A stretch of 64,000 nucleotides of DNA from Monocercomonoides exilis PA203 (taxonomy: Eukaryota > Protista > Preaxostyla), in contig LSRY02000011.1 in assembly GCA_001643675.2 (NCBI GenBank), positions 1,302,001-1,366,000 on the forward strand, written 5' to 3'. The notes below the pieces were generated by a model. It had not been told where the DNA came from, made no database searches, and saw only the letters and a program-made list of their open reading frames with translations. Shown piece by piece: positions 12,130 through 25,891 of this stretch. Position 1 is the first letter of the stretch. Each line of letters opens with the position of its first letter. The position numbers were made by a program, and so were the translations under genes.

Positions 12130-12390
12130 TTGGGTGATTTTTATTGAAATCATAACTTTTTTCGGAGTGTTCATTTTTTAAAAGGTTGTTTGTCACTCGG
12201 AAGAGATTTTGTCTGTAATTTGAGTATTTATCACAACACCTTAAAAAACAAATGAAACAGCACAAATAAAGATGTCGATGCTTTTTCTTGGTCTTTTCAC
12301 TCTTCACTGTTCTTTTGTTGACATTCAAGAAAATTTTATGAACCGAAATTTTTGTATGAATAAATATGATTTCTGACATAATCACCCATA
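12130..12390. repeat. About 260-bp MITE family A (termini GGGTGATT..TTGAAATCATA / TATGATTTC..AATCACCC); other copies near 16420-16680, 25152-25408, 26134-26390, 51092-51350 and a reversed, interrupted copy 12393-15540
   Basis: Shared internal motifs TTTTTTCGG.GT.TTGATTT, GATTGTTTGTCA, CAGTGTTC..TTGTTGACATTCAA and GAACCGAAA.TTTTGT recur at all listed positions. Confidence 0.8.
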
Positions 12391-12471
12391 TATTATTTCT
12401 TTCAAAATTTTTGATTCGAAATTATGTTTTGAATATCAACAAAAGAACACTGAAATGTGATAAGGTTTATG

Positions 12472-13920
12472 GGTAAGAATGGACTCAGCCGATACTTTTT
12501 ATAATCGCATTTTTGAGTATTTTTGATTCAAAACCTTAAAATAAAGAAATTATTGTTGAGAGAAAATGTTTATTAGCTGTTATTTGAAAAAATGAAACGT
12601 TAGACAAAAAAAGACACAATAAGAAATTTCTATTAGTGATCTTCTTTGTCTTCGGATGCACTGGCTCCGTCTTCAATTTCTGTTGAATCGGAATCATAAT
12701 AGATAGAATCCTTAACAATAGATAATTCATCTAAACTTGATTCTTCATCTGTATTTTCAGTATCACTATTATCTTTTTTTTCATTATGGGTTTCGATATC
12801 GTTTAAAATAGAAAAATTTATTGACAAAATTTGACGAAATTCAGATTCTTTCTTTTGTTAGAAATAAATTCCGCAATTGTATCATATATGAACCGATCTC
12901 TGATACCTGTTGTGGATAAAATTTTCCTAAATTGCGACCATATTCCTTCAATCATATTTGTATACACTCCGTCTTCAGTTCTGCAACGATGCTTGTGACA
13001 CACTGTTTTGTGGGAATATCCATATTCAGGAAATGATCAATATTCAGGCCATTCATCGGAGAAAATCATGCTTTCTTTTCTTATGTTTGTAATAATAATT
13101 GGTATTAGGATTTCTTTTTTTCTATTTCTCGCTCTGACAATCGTTAAATTACCTTGTTTGCCCAGATCATTCCTTTCAACCATTCCAAAAAGCAAAATCT
13201 GTTTTTTCCTTCTTCCTCTTTTGAACTTTCTTCGACGAAGCAACATTTCATCAATTTCTTCAATCATATTTTTCCCTCCAAGCCACAATGATTCCGACAG
13301 CAATGACTTCAACCTTTTTCTTCGAGCTGCATTTGAATAAAAAGAAACGGGAGATGGGTTCACGTTAAGAAAAATAGACATTTTGAGTTTTATTTAAACG
13401 AAGGAAAAGAAAAAGTTGAAACATCAATAATTTTGAAATCTGCAATTTTGAATGATAATTAATCAAATTGGCAAATGGTGATTTTCTTCTTTTTCATTTA
13501 GGACAGCGAAGAATAAATGATGATATTGAATCTCTTCCAAGAAACATAAATGAACAACATGAACTGCACTTTGTTTTTGATGCATCAAGAATTTGAATCC
13601 CAAACCATCCCCAACAACAACTGTTATCATTAAACATTCGAAAATATGTCGATAATTCAACTTTATCTTTCTGAATGCTCTTGATAAGAAAAAAAAAACA
13701 ATAAATTATTCAACCATTTTTTCAAAATAACATGGATCAAAGGATTGAAAAGTTATTTTTTTATTTTTTTATTTTTTTTTTATTTTTTTTTGTTTTTTTG
13801 TTTTGAAAAATAGCATTTATTTAAGAAATACAATATATTAATAAACTTATAGAAAATAATTATCCTAGATTTAAATAGTTTTTATAAAGATCAAAGGTGT
13901 CGATTGATTCCTCTTTTACC
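12472..13920 (-). mobile_element. Merlin (IS1595/ISXO2-like) DNA transposon, defective, 1449 bp
   Basis: 8-bp TSD GGTTTATG at 12464-12471 and 13921-13928; imperfect 24-bp TIRs starting GGTAA; disrupted DDE transposase pieces EEIDEMLLRRRKFKRGRR, FSDEW, VYTNMIEGIWSQFRK and an acidic tail (ORFs 13037-13381, 12818-13003, 12633-12827). Confidence 0.9.
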
Positions 13921-14013
13921 GGTTTATGAAAGACATCTTTGGTTTAAAGTCAGTTTGAAGCTTTTGTTTTTGAAACAATTCTGATGAATTTACCATTTTT
14001 GTCCAAAATCTCT

Positions 14014-15462
14014 GGCATGAGCAGAATATACGCGTACCTCTCAAATTAGCTTGAAACTTTTGTGAATGATTTATTATTAATTGTTATTAACATATGTGCA
14101 AACCTGACCTTGCGTAAACGAGTTGTTGATAAATTATGAATTTTTTATTTTGGCAATTTTTTCTCAAAAAATGGGTGAGATCAAAAATCTTTAATAAAAA
14201 AAATGTCAAAGATACCAGAAACAAAAGACGTGATCTCAAACATGAATTACTTGTTTGCTAATTTGGAACGTACTTGGAAGTGGATTTTCGAGCATAGACT
14301 TCTTCCTGATACTGGGGAATGAAAACACTGCAAATTGAAAAAACTATTGTGCAAAAGAGACAACGCATATTTTCTAAAGTGCAAAAAGTGCCTGAAAACT
14401 ACATCTGTATTAAAAGGAACAACATTATCAAAGGCAAAAACAACAGTTAATAAGATTATGCATGTGTTTCTGCTGTTTTGGCTGGAATTAAGCATTTAGC
14501 AAACTTGTTTTTTGTTATATCTGGATAGAAACACCGTTTCATACTATTATAATATTTGCAGGGAAGTTTGTGTTGATGTGCTATTCAAGAACCCAATAAA
14601 AATTGGAGGAGTGGGGAAGGAGGTGGAAATTGACGAAATGTTGTGGAGAAGAAGGAAATACAACAGAGGAAAAAGGAAAAAGCAAGTTTGGATTTTTGGT
14701 GGTGTAGAAAGATCTGAAGAACGTTACAAAAGATCTTTTATGGTGGTTGTTCCAAGCAGGAACAAGGAAACTCTACTAGCAGCTATCAAAAAGCACATTT
14801 TACCTCAAACAACTATATACAGCGATGAATGGAAGGCGTACAATTGTCTAGATGAAGAAGGTTTTATTCACAAAACTGTTTGCCATAAGAGACATTTTGT
14901 CAATCCGGAAAATAAATCAGTATATACAAACACAGCGGAAGGTTTTTGGGCGCATTTTCGGAAATTTCTTCCCAGATTTGGAATCCGAACAAGATTTCTA
15001 CAACAATATATAGCATCTTTCATTGTTCGTTCGATGGGTTTACTGACTTTTAATCAACTCGTAGAATCTGCAATTCATTTGAACATTGAAAACGAAGAAA
15101 TGGTTGCAGAGGAAGAAGAAAATGATCCAGAAAAGGCTAACGAAGAGGAAGAAATCCCTGATATGGATAATCTTCCTGATGATGACACAGATTTTGGTGC
15201 AGATGATGGAGCAGACGCATCAGAATGGTCTGATGACTAATTCTTTTTAACGATTTCATACACTTTTTAGAAAATAAAAAATAATTAAAAAATATTTTCA
15301 CCCATTTTTTTATTCAAAATTTGCAAAAAAAATTATTCATAAAAATACAACAAGCTATTTGCGCAAGATAAAAATACGATAGAATGATCGAGTATTACAA
15401 CACCTTTCGTCATGTCGATTATGAAGTGTTTTCTTTAGGTACGCGTATATTCTGCATTTGCC
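14014..15462 (+). mobile_element. Merlin (IS1595/ISXO2-like) DNA transposon, 1449 bp
   Basis: 8-bp TSD AAATCTCT at 14006-14013 and 15463-15470; 26-bp TIR GGCA(TGA/AAT)GCAGAATATACGCGTACCT. Confidence 0.93.
14203..15240 (+). pseudogene. Merlin DDE transposase interrupted by two in-frame stops
   Basis: ATG 14203 is in frame with ORF 14512; TGA 14320 (in a xKHC, Cys-like position) and TAG 14497; intact motifs VEIDE, WIFGGVER, IYSDEWKAY, HKTVCH, YTNTAEGFW. Confidence 0.88.
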
Positions 15463-17067
15463 AAATCTCTTCACAATGACAAACAACCTTGGAAAAATCA
15501 ACATTTTGAAAAAAAATATATAATTTCAAAAATTATCACTCCTATCGGTTGTTCTTTTAAAAAATGAACAAATGATCTATTTTTTGGTTCATTGAAATTT
15601 CATATTTTTTATGAATTTTTTCTATCGATCTGAACAATATCTCATTCAAACTAATTGAGAAAACAAAAAATCTTCATAGTGTGTTTATTTTTTTAATCAA
15701 ATTTGATAGTTTTTTTTAAATTTTTGTGAAAAAATGAAAATTTTCAATGAAGCTGAAAATCTCACATTTACGGATTTTCAAAAAAAAATGTGTTTAGCAG
15801 ACAATAACCTTAAAAAATATTGCGGTTCATTGAAAATTCTTTATGAAAATAACTGAAAAAAAGAAGATTTTTCATTTGCCTTAAATTTTTTTCGAATAAT
15901 AAATTTTCACCAATTATATTTATAAAGAATGAAACATATTGTTAAGCAAAAAAATACAACTCGTCTTATGTTCCTGACTTAAGAAACGAAATCGTTTTTT
16001 CTGTTTGCATTTTGTGAAAAATGCGTGAGAAATAGTGGAAACATATTGTTTAATAATTTGTGTGACGATGGATATTTTTTTTCAACAGACTACTAAATAC
16101 AAATAACTTTATTCACAAATAAAAATTTACCACCTAATATTGACAACTGTTTGAACACACTTATTGAAAATAAACACAGTCTATTCCCAAAAAATGGTGA
16201 TCTGTCCGTTTTTAATGTCGATCATTCCTCAAGTTAAGATTTTTATTGGATGTCATTATTGATTGGCGTTAATATTATTGAGTTTCTAATTATAGCTACA
16301 TTTATCATTTTTATTCCTTTTTTCAAAGCATGCAACAAAACAAAAATATATTTCATGTATTGTTCACTCTTATTATGAAATTATTCTTTTTATTATTGTT
16401 ATTATCACTTTCAAAATATGGGTGATCATTTTTGAAATCATATCTTTTTTCGGTGTGTTGATTTAACAAAGATTGATTGTTTTTTGAAAGAAATTATTAA
16501 TTCGAAAAAGAAGAAGAATGACAATTGTTTTAATAAAATAAATGGTTTTTCCGAATCAAAGATAAAAATGAATAAATAAGCCTTTTCACTTTTCGATTTT
16601 TGTTTATAGATATTCAAGTTATATTTTTACACCGAAATTTTTGAATGAATCAATATGTTTTCAAAAATAATCACCCATATTAAAGCACAATGCATTATCT
16701 TCTTGTGCAGTGTTTTCCAAATCTCATGGATAAAAGCGAAGAGGGCCTCAGAATTGCATTTTCATAAATCTCCGAACCTTTGCCAATCAAAAAATAACCA
16801 CATGTGTCAGAAATATCTAAAGAAATAATGTGTATTTAGGTTTGTTGTTTTTGATGTCAAATACACCAATTAACGAATATTCCTTTGTATTTCGTTGTTT
16901 GTGGCGTAACGATTTTCTTTCATTAGGATATTTTGGACTTTGTATTTTTAATCTTTGTTTTTTAATGTCTTCAGTTTCAATTTTTATTTTTCATTGGTTT
17001 CAATTATTTCGAAACTTTTTTCCAACAAATATAAAGTCTTTTTCAAATTTTTTTCATCGATCATATA

Positions 17068-20000
17068 GGGGAAAATATGGCACTTCAAGCGTTTTCAGTG
17101 AAAAAATTTGCAACTGAAAAGAAATGATTTCTAAGCTTGAGAAATGAGTTTCGAGAATTTATTTATTTGAAAAATTTAACTTTGCAATAGAAAAATTTTC
17201 ACAACTTTCGTTTCTTGAATATTTTTGAATAATAATTTGAAATCTTTATTCAAAACAAAGATTCTAAATAAACTTCGCATTTTATAATACATGTTTATAT
17301 CAAAAACCATATATCTTAAAAAAGATTGCATTATAAACTGATTTCCAAATTAATATGAGGAAGGTAATGAGTCACAATTGTTATAAAGGGTTATTGAAAA
17401 TTTTGAAATTTCAATTTGAGAACACCTATAAAATTTTTGTGAATTCTCGGAATCAGTTAAGATTCTCGAAGAATAAAGATATGATAGTGAAATAGCAAAT
17501 TAGTTTTTGAAATTGCCTGAGTCTGTTTTTTTGATCAGCAATGAAAATCAGTTTTAGAGGATTATTCATCAACAAAAGGAAATTAAAAATAAAGTTTAAA
17601 GTTTCAATGTGTTTGCTATTTCTTTTTTACGTGAATTAATTTGTCAACCTCCAATTTTTTGAAAAGAGAAAAGAAAATATAAAAATCTTTATAATTTCAT
17701 TTTTGAATGCGAATATATGTTTGCTCATAATAAATATTTTTCAGGTATTAATAACGATAGTTCAAAGCATCTCATTTTGAAATTTTCGTATAGGAAAGTT
17801 ATCAAAAAGGATATTCTTTTGTTTTTTTTGTCAGTATTTCAAAAGAGAACTGGATGCCGAGATGCAATCAGAAGATGGAAGTTGCATGTTTTTAATATTC
17901 AGTAGGAACATGGGATGAAAATAAATTCAATTTCAAAGCATTTGGAAGAGAGGGAAAATTGAAGAAGAATGCCAACAATTGGACAGCTCTTGGAAAGAAA
18001 AATGCAGAAATATTTTTTTGATGAGGAAAATGGATGAAAACATAGAAAGAAGGATATTTAAGGAGAAAAAAGGAAGATGGAGAAAGGAGCACAGGGAAAC
18101 AATGGAAAAGGAGATTGACTGCATTAATGATTGAACAATTCTCTGCTTTTGCAATAGGGAAGGACAGGTCTTCTTTTTTAAGGAATTTTCATAGTCGATG
18201 CAAAACCAATTATTTTCATATTATTATTTCTTTAATCATTTTTATATTCCGACCAACAGCATTTTTTATGTTGAGCGCTATTGCCAGGAACAATTCATTA
18301 AAAGTTGCATTTTTGCGAATTATGTGGTTTCTTCTTCTTCTCCTCCGATTTCTTTTTTGACGATATTTTTTTTTAAATTTGGCAGCTGAAAAGAAGGTCT
18401 TTTTCGTATTTGAGAATTTATCGTTTGAATAGCCATCAAATTCTCATGCAGCAACTTAGAATGAGTTTGCCATTTTTGTGATTCAAACGGCAAACATCTG
18501 TGTTCAACTGTTTTCCACTATTTCCTTTTTTTTCAATTGTATTTGTTGGCTAATGAAAATTTTACCAGAGAGAAGTGCCTTTTATTTTCTATCACACACC
18601 AATGCAACTCTGCCATCCTTGTTTTGCCTTCAGGAAAGAAAGCCAACTTTCTTTTGTTCAACTTTTTCAGTTTTTTTGTAAATTGTTTTTTCAACTTTCA
18701 AAGCATCCAACTGTTCGACCTATAAAAATGATGAGTTTTCTTCTTCCTCCTCTTTTTTGTTCTCTTCTTCTTCATCTTCTTCTCATCCTCCTCTTCATCT
18801 CCATCTTAAGTACCTTCGGCTGCTTCATTAGCATCCACTTTTGATCTTCGATCTGCACATATTGTTCCAAACTCAGGTGGTTTTGGTGGATTATGCGTTG
18901 CGGAGGGGATCGGGAATATAAGTGAAGGAGGGAACTTGGATGAGAAAACGGGAAGGCTGTACATATTAACAAACGACTGCTCAAAAATGCTTGATTCAAC
19001 TGGTTTGCAACTTTTGTTTAATAGAATTTCATCGTCATTCTCTGTATTTTATTGCAAAAAAATATTTCTTTTTTGTATTTTTCAATTAAAATTTATCCAT
19101 TTTCATTCAGTATCATTGTTTTTTTTTTTTTTTTTTATTTCAGCATATTTCATTTCACTGAATGCGCAGATAGCTGCCACGCACAAGCGAGGGACAACAG
19201 AACTGTTAACCAACCAGCATTTGGAAGCAGCAACAGCTGTGCGCATGTTGTTTTCAACAGCAGCGCATCAAAATTTTGTGTGCTGAGATGCCATGATAAA
19301 GCTTACTGTGTCAAAGCAGCCGACATTTCATTCATCGTGGGCGCAGTGAATCCGCTGTCCAGGAAGTCGGAGAAAGACCAATTCAGGGAACGGAAGAGGT
19401 GGCGTGAAAACCCGCATTTCGAGGTATTCAAGAGCAGCTAAAAGAAGGAGATGGAAGCGGAGGGAAACTTGGGGCAAGGACGTTGAAGGAATCGATGCTG
19501 CCAAAGATGATTACAACGAACGAGGACGATCTCTTAGCGGATCCGAGAGAACAGTTGTTGAAGCAGGCGAAGATTGCTAAAAATTTGCTTTACAAATATG
19601 ATTGCATTGAAATTTCAAATGTTTTTCATAAATATTTCATTATTTCACGCTTTGTGCAAAATTCATTTTCATGGTTATCAAAACCTATTCTTCAATTTGT
19701 CAATTGTTTTGTTGTTAAAACAGCTCACAAGCTGATGAACCCCTTGAAAGAGACAGAGAAACGCTTGAGAACAAACTACGGGCCTGAAGATGCAAAAGAA
19801 GAATGAGCTAATTTTTTTTGCATCCTTTGGAATGTGCCATTCACATCGAAAGAAACTTCCACTTCACACAAACTATCTCATTTCAAACATTTTTTTAATG
19901 GAATTATTTGTTATGTGTGTTGTCATTTGTGAATTTTCAATGCTTTCTTTTTAATATGATAAATCCAATTGATGACGAGACTTTTCTCAGGATAATGATA

Positions 20001-23000
20001 GAAGAAAGGACATCTTCTTGTTCAACAAAAAATATCAACATATTTAAACAATCGGATTATTCAAAATTCCATGTGCATGAATTGAAATATGGATAACAAA
20101 AAACATCGTTCATCCAATTTAAATGATAACAATTTAATTGATGCAAAGATTAAAAAAATAAACAATAGAACAAAATCTCTCACATAATGATGGTTAACAT
20201 TAAAAAAACCAAGAAAGTTCTTATGAAAATGGAACAAATTTAAAGCTGACCATAATTAACAATCGGATTGTCTAAAGTGCTTATTCGTGACAAGCCATGA
20301 AGACCAGCCTTTGTCAAGTCTTCTTTCTCTCGCGCGCTTTTCACAAGCCCACCCCCAAGCCCAGCCAACCTCCCCAGCGCCGTCCCTCTTGCCACAGCCC
20401 CGTTCTTTCCATACACCCTCTTCTCGATCCTTTTCTTCTCTTCCCTGCTCAGCTCAGAAACAAACGCACAGTGCAGCATCTGCACTGCCACCGTCTCCAG
20501 CGCTCGCTCTGCTGTCCGCGCCGCAAGTTCCACCGACCGCTCTCATGCAACAAACCCCACAACCCCCGCAATGAGATGCCCGGCCAGCTGGAACAGAACA
20601 CCGCACTTCCCCTCAAAGTCAAACGTGATGTTGTGCTCCTGACAGTTCGAAAAGAACTGCCCGTGCGGCACACGCGACAGCTCCGGCTGGTAGAACGGCT
20701 GCACAATCACAAAGCTGCGTGTCGCTGCTGGAGAGAGACAGGCACACACCCGTGCAGAGGCGCTGGCTGAGCCACACGCCGCCTGAGGGGACACTCTCTC
20801 CACACCTGCCACCTGTCGCGGCGAGGCCGACCTGTGTGCTCCGCTCGAACAACCCTGAGGCCGAGCACAGGCAGAATGCGCAGAATCAGAGGACGGAGCA
20901 CTCACATGCAAAGCGCCTGTGCCGCCGCGGAGCGGAAGGAGGTAGTTTCCAGACGCAATCTCGATACCCCCCTGCAGCAGATACGACATCCACCGGAACA
21001 CCAACAACGCTGCTTGCGGGCCCACAGAAAGATCCACCACTCACATCCGCAGCGACTCCCACTCGTCCACAAACACACAATACGAAACACTAAACACCCC
21101 AATCATCCCTTTCCCGTGGCACACTTGCCCGATCGCATACGTCGCATCCCGCAGAGCGATCGACGGCACACTTTCCTGCGGCACAACCTCCCCTATCGCA
21201 ACAAACTCGTCCATCCTCTCTCTCTCTCTCTGCCTGTCCGAACTCAATTGCAACGACACTCCATCCGATGCCAAACATCCACCCCCACCCCAACTCTCTT
21301 CTCTTCTCTTCTCTTTCCTCAAAAGCAGTCTTTCAACAATTAATGTGACGCTCATCGTCCCGTCTGGCTGTATCATCCCTTCCACAACCGGCTTCCCCAC
21401 AATCCACTCCCGCTCCGCACACAGCTCCACCAGCGCCCCCGTCACCGTCATCGTCACCAGATAGTCCCGCCATCTCCCATACGCACTCTCGTCAACCAGC
21501 ATCACACACTCCGGATGCGCAGGAACACTCAGCAGCGATGCCACATCCAGAATCTGCCCCTCTTCTTCTTCTTCCTTCTCCAAATCAATCGAACTACCCT
21601 CTCTCCCTGACTCCTCATTCATCCCCAAACCATTCGCAGACATTTCCACTTGTTCAACATCTTTCACCGCTCCATCTGAACTTTCATCGAAAGTTATACC
21701 CAAAGACCCATCTGCTGCTTCTTCTTCTGCTCTTGATATCTCCTGTTGGATGCCGTAGGCTGATGAAGTGCTGCACACTTAGGGTTCAACTGAATGCTGC
21801 TTGTCTGAACCTGCCTAAGCCTCTGCCTTCACAAACCTCAGCCAACTCAGCCCAAGCGCCTCCACAACCAGCAGCACCATCGCTTCTTCCAGCTTCCTCT
21901 GTTTCTCTTTGATTCTCTCCACAAAATCTCTGTGAGCAGTCTGATACCCGCCTTTCTCCTCATTCCCATCACCTCTCTCTCTCCCTCCCTTTTCTTCTCC
22001 ATCTTCTTCTCCCTCTTTACCTCTCCTTTCTCCTTCCTCCACCTCTTCCCGTTCCTCCAGCTCTGCCAGCGCAATCGCTGCATGAAACAGAACCACATCC
22101 TCCATCCTCAGTCCCGCTGCCGACAGCCCCTTCTCCACAATCTCCCCCACTTCACGCACTGCAACCCCTTGCTCCTTCACTTTTTCACCCAGTTTCGTCC
22201 CTCAGCACGCATATTATTCGGAGATCCAGGCACCAGATGTGCAATTACGAACGAAATCCTCAGAAGACTAGGTTCATTTTTGTTAAGTTAAATATAATTC
22301 ACTTCCTCAGCCCTATGCTCTGCTTCTTTCATGATTCAATATCCCTCAAAACAGACTTTTTCACATAAGGGGAATTAGAAGAAGAGTGAAAAAGAATCTC
22401 CGAGAACTTCACATTGTTCTGCAACATAACACTTTTGATCAGTAGAGTGCGCTTTATCACAATGTTTCTTCAACATTGCTTCTCGAGCTCATTGTGATGG
22501 CTTCTTTTGACTTGCACAAATTCCACCTGCATCTGGCAAAGAAAACTTCAAAGGAATTTGATAATGTTCATCATTCCTTCCCATGCGAATGAAGCAGTCA
22601 TCGTTTACAATCTTTGCGTATGAAGTGTGAGAGGAAGTGAAGAATATTCATCCTTTGATATCGATGCATCTGACTTACCAGTTTTCTTTGCATCGGAAAT
22701 GGCGAAAAGAGAAGGTTTGTTGTGTATTGCGAAGAAGAAGGGGAGAATAAAGAGAAAGATTATGAAGAAGATGAAGAAATTGAAAATACCAAAAGAAGAG
22801 GCGATTAGTGAGATGTCTTTTCTGCAAGACTATTTTTTGAGATAAACCTTCATATCAGACAGAAGCTCCATCAGAAGTATAAGCACTATATTAACATTCG
22901 GATAAGAAAGGAAGATCAGCCGAAAAAGCTCTCGTTAATTGGCAAAAGGGCAAAAAGATCAGTTGTTTTTCAAGTGAAAAGAAAAAATGTGAAGAGGTGA

Positions 23001-23531
23001 AGTTGGCAATGAATGAATTACTGTTTGGCACCGACACCACATAATCAAATGCTTATAAAGCGAACAAATCAGTCTAAGAAACATAGAATGCTGCAGTTGC
23101 TGCTTTCTGCTCATCTGTGATTTTTGATAAAAATTGACTTTCATATTATCTCATTTCACATTTCTTTGCTTCCTTATTAAAGCTCAGGTAATTGTGCGAA
23201 ATATTTTGAGAGATCATTGCCCACTAATTATTCAGAAAGAAATATCTTCATAATTTCCAAACTTTTTGAATTTTTTGAGTGATAATAAAAAGCATAAATA
23301 TGTTTCCAAGAGTGGATTAGTTATTTTTCATCGTATTTTGAAAAAATCAAAATTTAAATCTTTTGTGGGAATGATCAAAATTTATAAATGTTCAATAACA
23401 TTTGAGCAAAGAATAATGTGACTGAAAAAAGTGGATTGCTTTGTTCAACTTTGCGAACTCCGTGCAAATATGAAATAAAAATTTTTTCAACAGGTCGTGC
23501 ATAAAATGCTTGAAAGTCCATATTTTCCCCC
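17068..23531. mobile_element. 6.5-kb segment bounded by left and right ends of MITE family B (Pack-type or interrupted element)
   Basis: Left GGGGAAAATATGGCACTTCAAGCGTTTTCA and right ATAAAATGCTTGAAAGTCCATATTTTCCCC are inverted repeats; they match the respective ends of the about 270-bp elements at 25623-25891 and 52250-52517. Confidence 0.55.
20240..22180 (-). pseudogene. Decayed C-terminal fragment of an IQCH-like gene
   Basis: ORFs 21815-22180, 21041-21778, 20543-21040 and 20240-20533 are one frame broken by stops; GEVVPQESVP..LRDATYAIGQVCHGKGMIGVFSV..FVD..RM*VVDL and QPELSRVPHGQFFSNCQEHNITFDFEGKCGVLFQL resemble the IQCH C-terminal region (recognised from memory); GC-rich island in AT-rich surroundings. 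Confidence 0.65.
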
Positions 23532-23689
23532 ATATAAATATTCAAAACATTTTCATTTATTGCTCATCTTTCTGATATCTTTGTTTCAGAAAAAATCGAA
23601 AAAAAACTTTATGAAATAAAAAGGATATCAATTGTTTTATTTGCAAAAAAAAAGTCGGAAACAATTAATTAAAATGACAAAAACTTGTA

Positions 23690-24810
23690 CTAGTTTTTTA
23701 ATAACCTGCACTTGTGGACAGATAACATTTTTGACGTGAGTAATTGTTCTTCTGACCTCTCTTGGAGAAATCTCTTTGAAAGTTTAAAGAATAGTGAAAA
23801 TAAAGTGGTTTTCACCTTCCCAACAAAGAGATTGTTCCTCCACTCTCTTTTTCCAAAAACCGAAAACATTCTCAATCGGATTCAGAATTGGAGAATAGGC
23901 TGCATTGAACAAAATATGATTGCCTGCATCCTTCACAATTTCGTCTGTTTGAATGTGGTGAATTGTTACGTTGTCCAAAATGATGACACAAGAAACATTT
24001 TTTTTATTAAAAGCAGAATTTTTTTGAGGTGGACATCAAATGATACATGGTTTGCTTTTCCAAGTTCAATTTCTGAGTGGAGTATTCCTTTTGTTGATAT
24101 TGACGTGATAGCTGTCAAACACTGATGAATAGGAAACGGTGGAATCAACACCTTTTCACCCCTTTGTGACCATCCATATTTCCGAATGCATTCAATATTT
24201 CAGGACGTTTCGTCAATGAGGAATGTCATAGCGCCATCTCTTTGATATTCGAAAAGCTTTTCCACAAAAGCAATTCCAATGGATTTATTTTCCTCTGTAT
24301 TTCCGAATGAAAATCTGACTGTTTTTCTTTTTAATGAAAATTGTGGATATTTCTGAGTATTTTCGTATTTTTCTGTAAGCAAACGATGAATTGTTGTTCT
24401 TCCTATTGTTCTTCCTGCAATTGACATCTCTTTTGACAATTTCCTAATAGGTGTTAGAGGATCTTTTCGTAGTTTTTCTCTGATTATCTCGTTGAATTGT
24501 TGATTGAATGCTTTTTGCTTTCTTCCTTTTTGATTTTACGGGAAGGAAATGTCAATTCAGCTTCTCAATTTTGAGAGACACATTGATGTGGTTGTTATGG
24601 TTAATGCTCATTCGCTAGCGTACCATGATTCTGATTTTTCTTGAACGTATTTCCAATAGAGAAAAGCAAGTTTCATTCTTTTATCAAGAGTTACAGGTGT
24701 GTAAGAATATCACTTTTTTCGTTTTCCAATGCATTCTTCATTTCGCAGCTCCTCGTCTTTTTCTCTCTCTCTTCCTTTTCCTTTGTTGAGGCTTTTCCTC
24801 TTATCATTTG
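23690..24810 (-). pseudogene. Tc1/IS630-family (DDE_3) transposase relic
   Basis: Fragments FLIDETS, YGWSQRGEK, and DNVTIHH...NAAYSPILNPIENVFGFWK with stops and frameshifts; TIRs not identified. Confidence 0.8.
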
Positions 24811-25622
24811 GTGGATTAATTCTTCTAAAGGATGAATAATAGGGCAAATAATTGATACCACTCAAATTTTTTCAAACAGTGGGGGCACTGTTCTTGATAT
24901 TTGTTCCTTATTTTAATATTTAGTGTGAACATCCAGTGCATGAATATTCTCATTGCTCATTGTTTTTTAATAAACCTTTTCGACAAGAATAATTTTGAAG
25001 ATATGTGTTAGTCAAAAAAGAAAATATGAAAAAAGATGTATTTTTCTTTTTCTTTCTTTTTTTATTTTTCTTTTCTTTTTTTTTAATGATAATATTGAAT
25101 TTTAATTCTGTTTCTAAAAAAAATAAATGCTCACAAAAAAGAGTATCCATTTGGGTCATTATTTTTAAAATCATATATTTTTTCGGGGTATTGATTTTTC
25201 TAAGATTGTTTGCCTTTGGGAAGAGATTTTGTATCCAAATGCTAAAATTATCACAACTGTTGCAAAAGCAAATGCATCATCTGAAATAAAAATAAAGAGG
25301 ACTTGAATGTGCCTGTTCACGTTTCAGTGTTCATATGAAGATATTCAAAAGAAATTATCGAACCGAAAATTTTGTGAGAATAAATCTGATTTCAAAAATA
25401 ATCACATATTTGACAGATATAACTTTTCAATGAACTGATCTTTTCAACAGACCGACATTTGTCGTTCGACTGATCTCGACAAAGATTTGTATAAACAAAT
25501 TGAAAATTTTTTATATATTTTAATATTCTATTTTTGTGTTTTTGTTGATTGGAAATTTATTATTAATAATTCAAATAATAAAATTATTGAATAACAAATA
25601 ACAATATTTATATTTTTGAAAT

Positions 25623-25891
25623 GGGGCAAAATATTTTGCTTCTGCCATTTTCATTGAAAAATAATGCACATTTCATTGACTTTTTTGTCTCATTAAAACA
25701 CAATAAAAATAGTTCCATTTTTTGACATTCGTAAAATGTTAAAAAACTTTTTGTTTTGGTTTCAAAGATGCCTGTTTACAGATATCAAAATCAAAAATTT
25801 TTTTTGAAATCTGAGGCAGTGAAATAAAATTATAAGTGAAGCAATTTTTTAGTGCTTTGCGCAAAAAAAACTTGAAAGTCTGTATTTTCCC
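25623..25891. repeat. About 270-bp MITE family B (second copy 52250-52517), followed by abutting MITEs at about 25898-26133 and 26134-26390
   Basis: GGG.CAAAATATTTTGCTTC...CATTTTCATTGAAAAAT...CACAATAAAAAT.G.TTC...TTTGACATT...CAGATAT.AAAATC...CTTGAAAGT.T.TATTTTCCC shared by both copies. Confidence 0.75.

Noticed and set aside
14203-24810. Stop-codon reassignment or selenocysteine to explain in-frame TGA/TAG/TAA
   Set aside because: All three stops terminate intact genes here, long genes have no internal stops, and several interrupted frames also show frameshifts and lie in repeat islands, so decay is simpler
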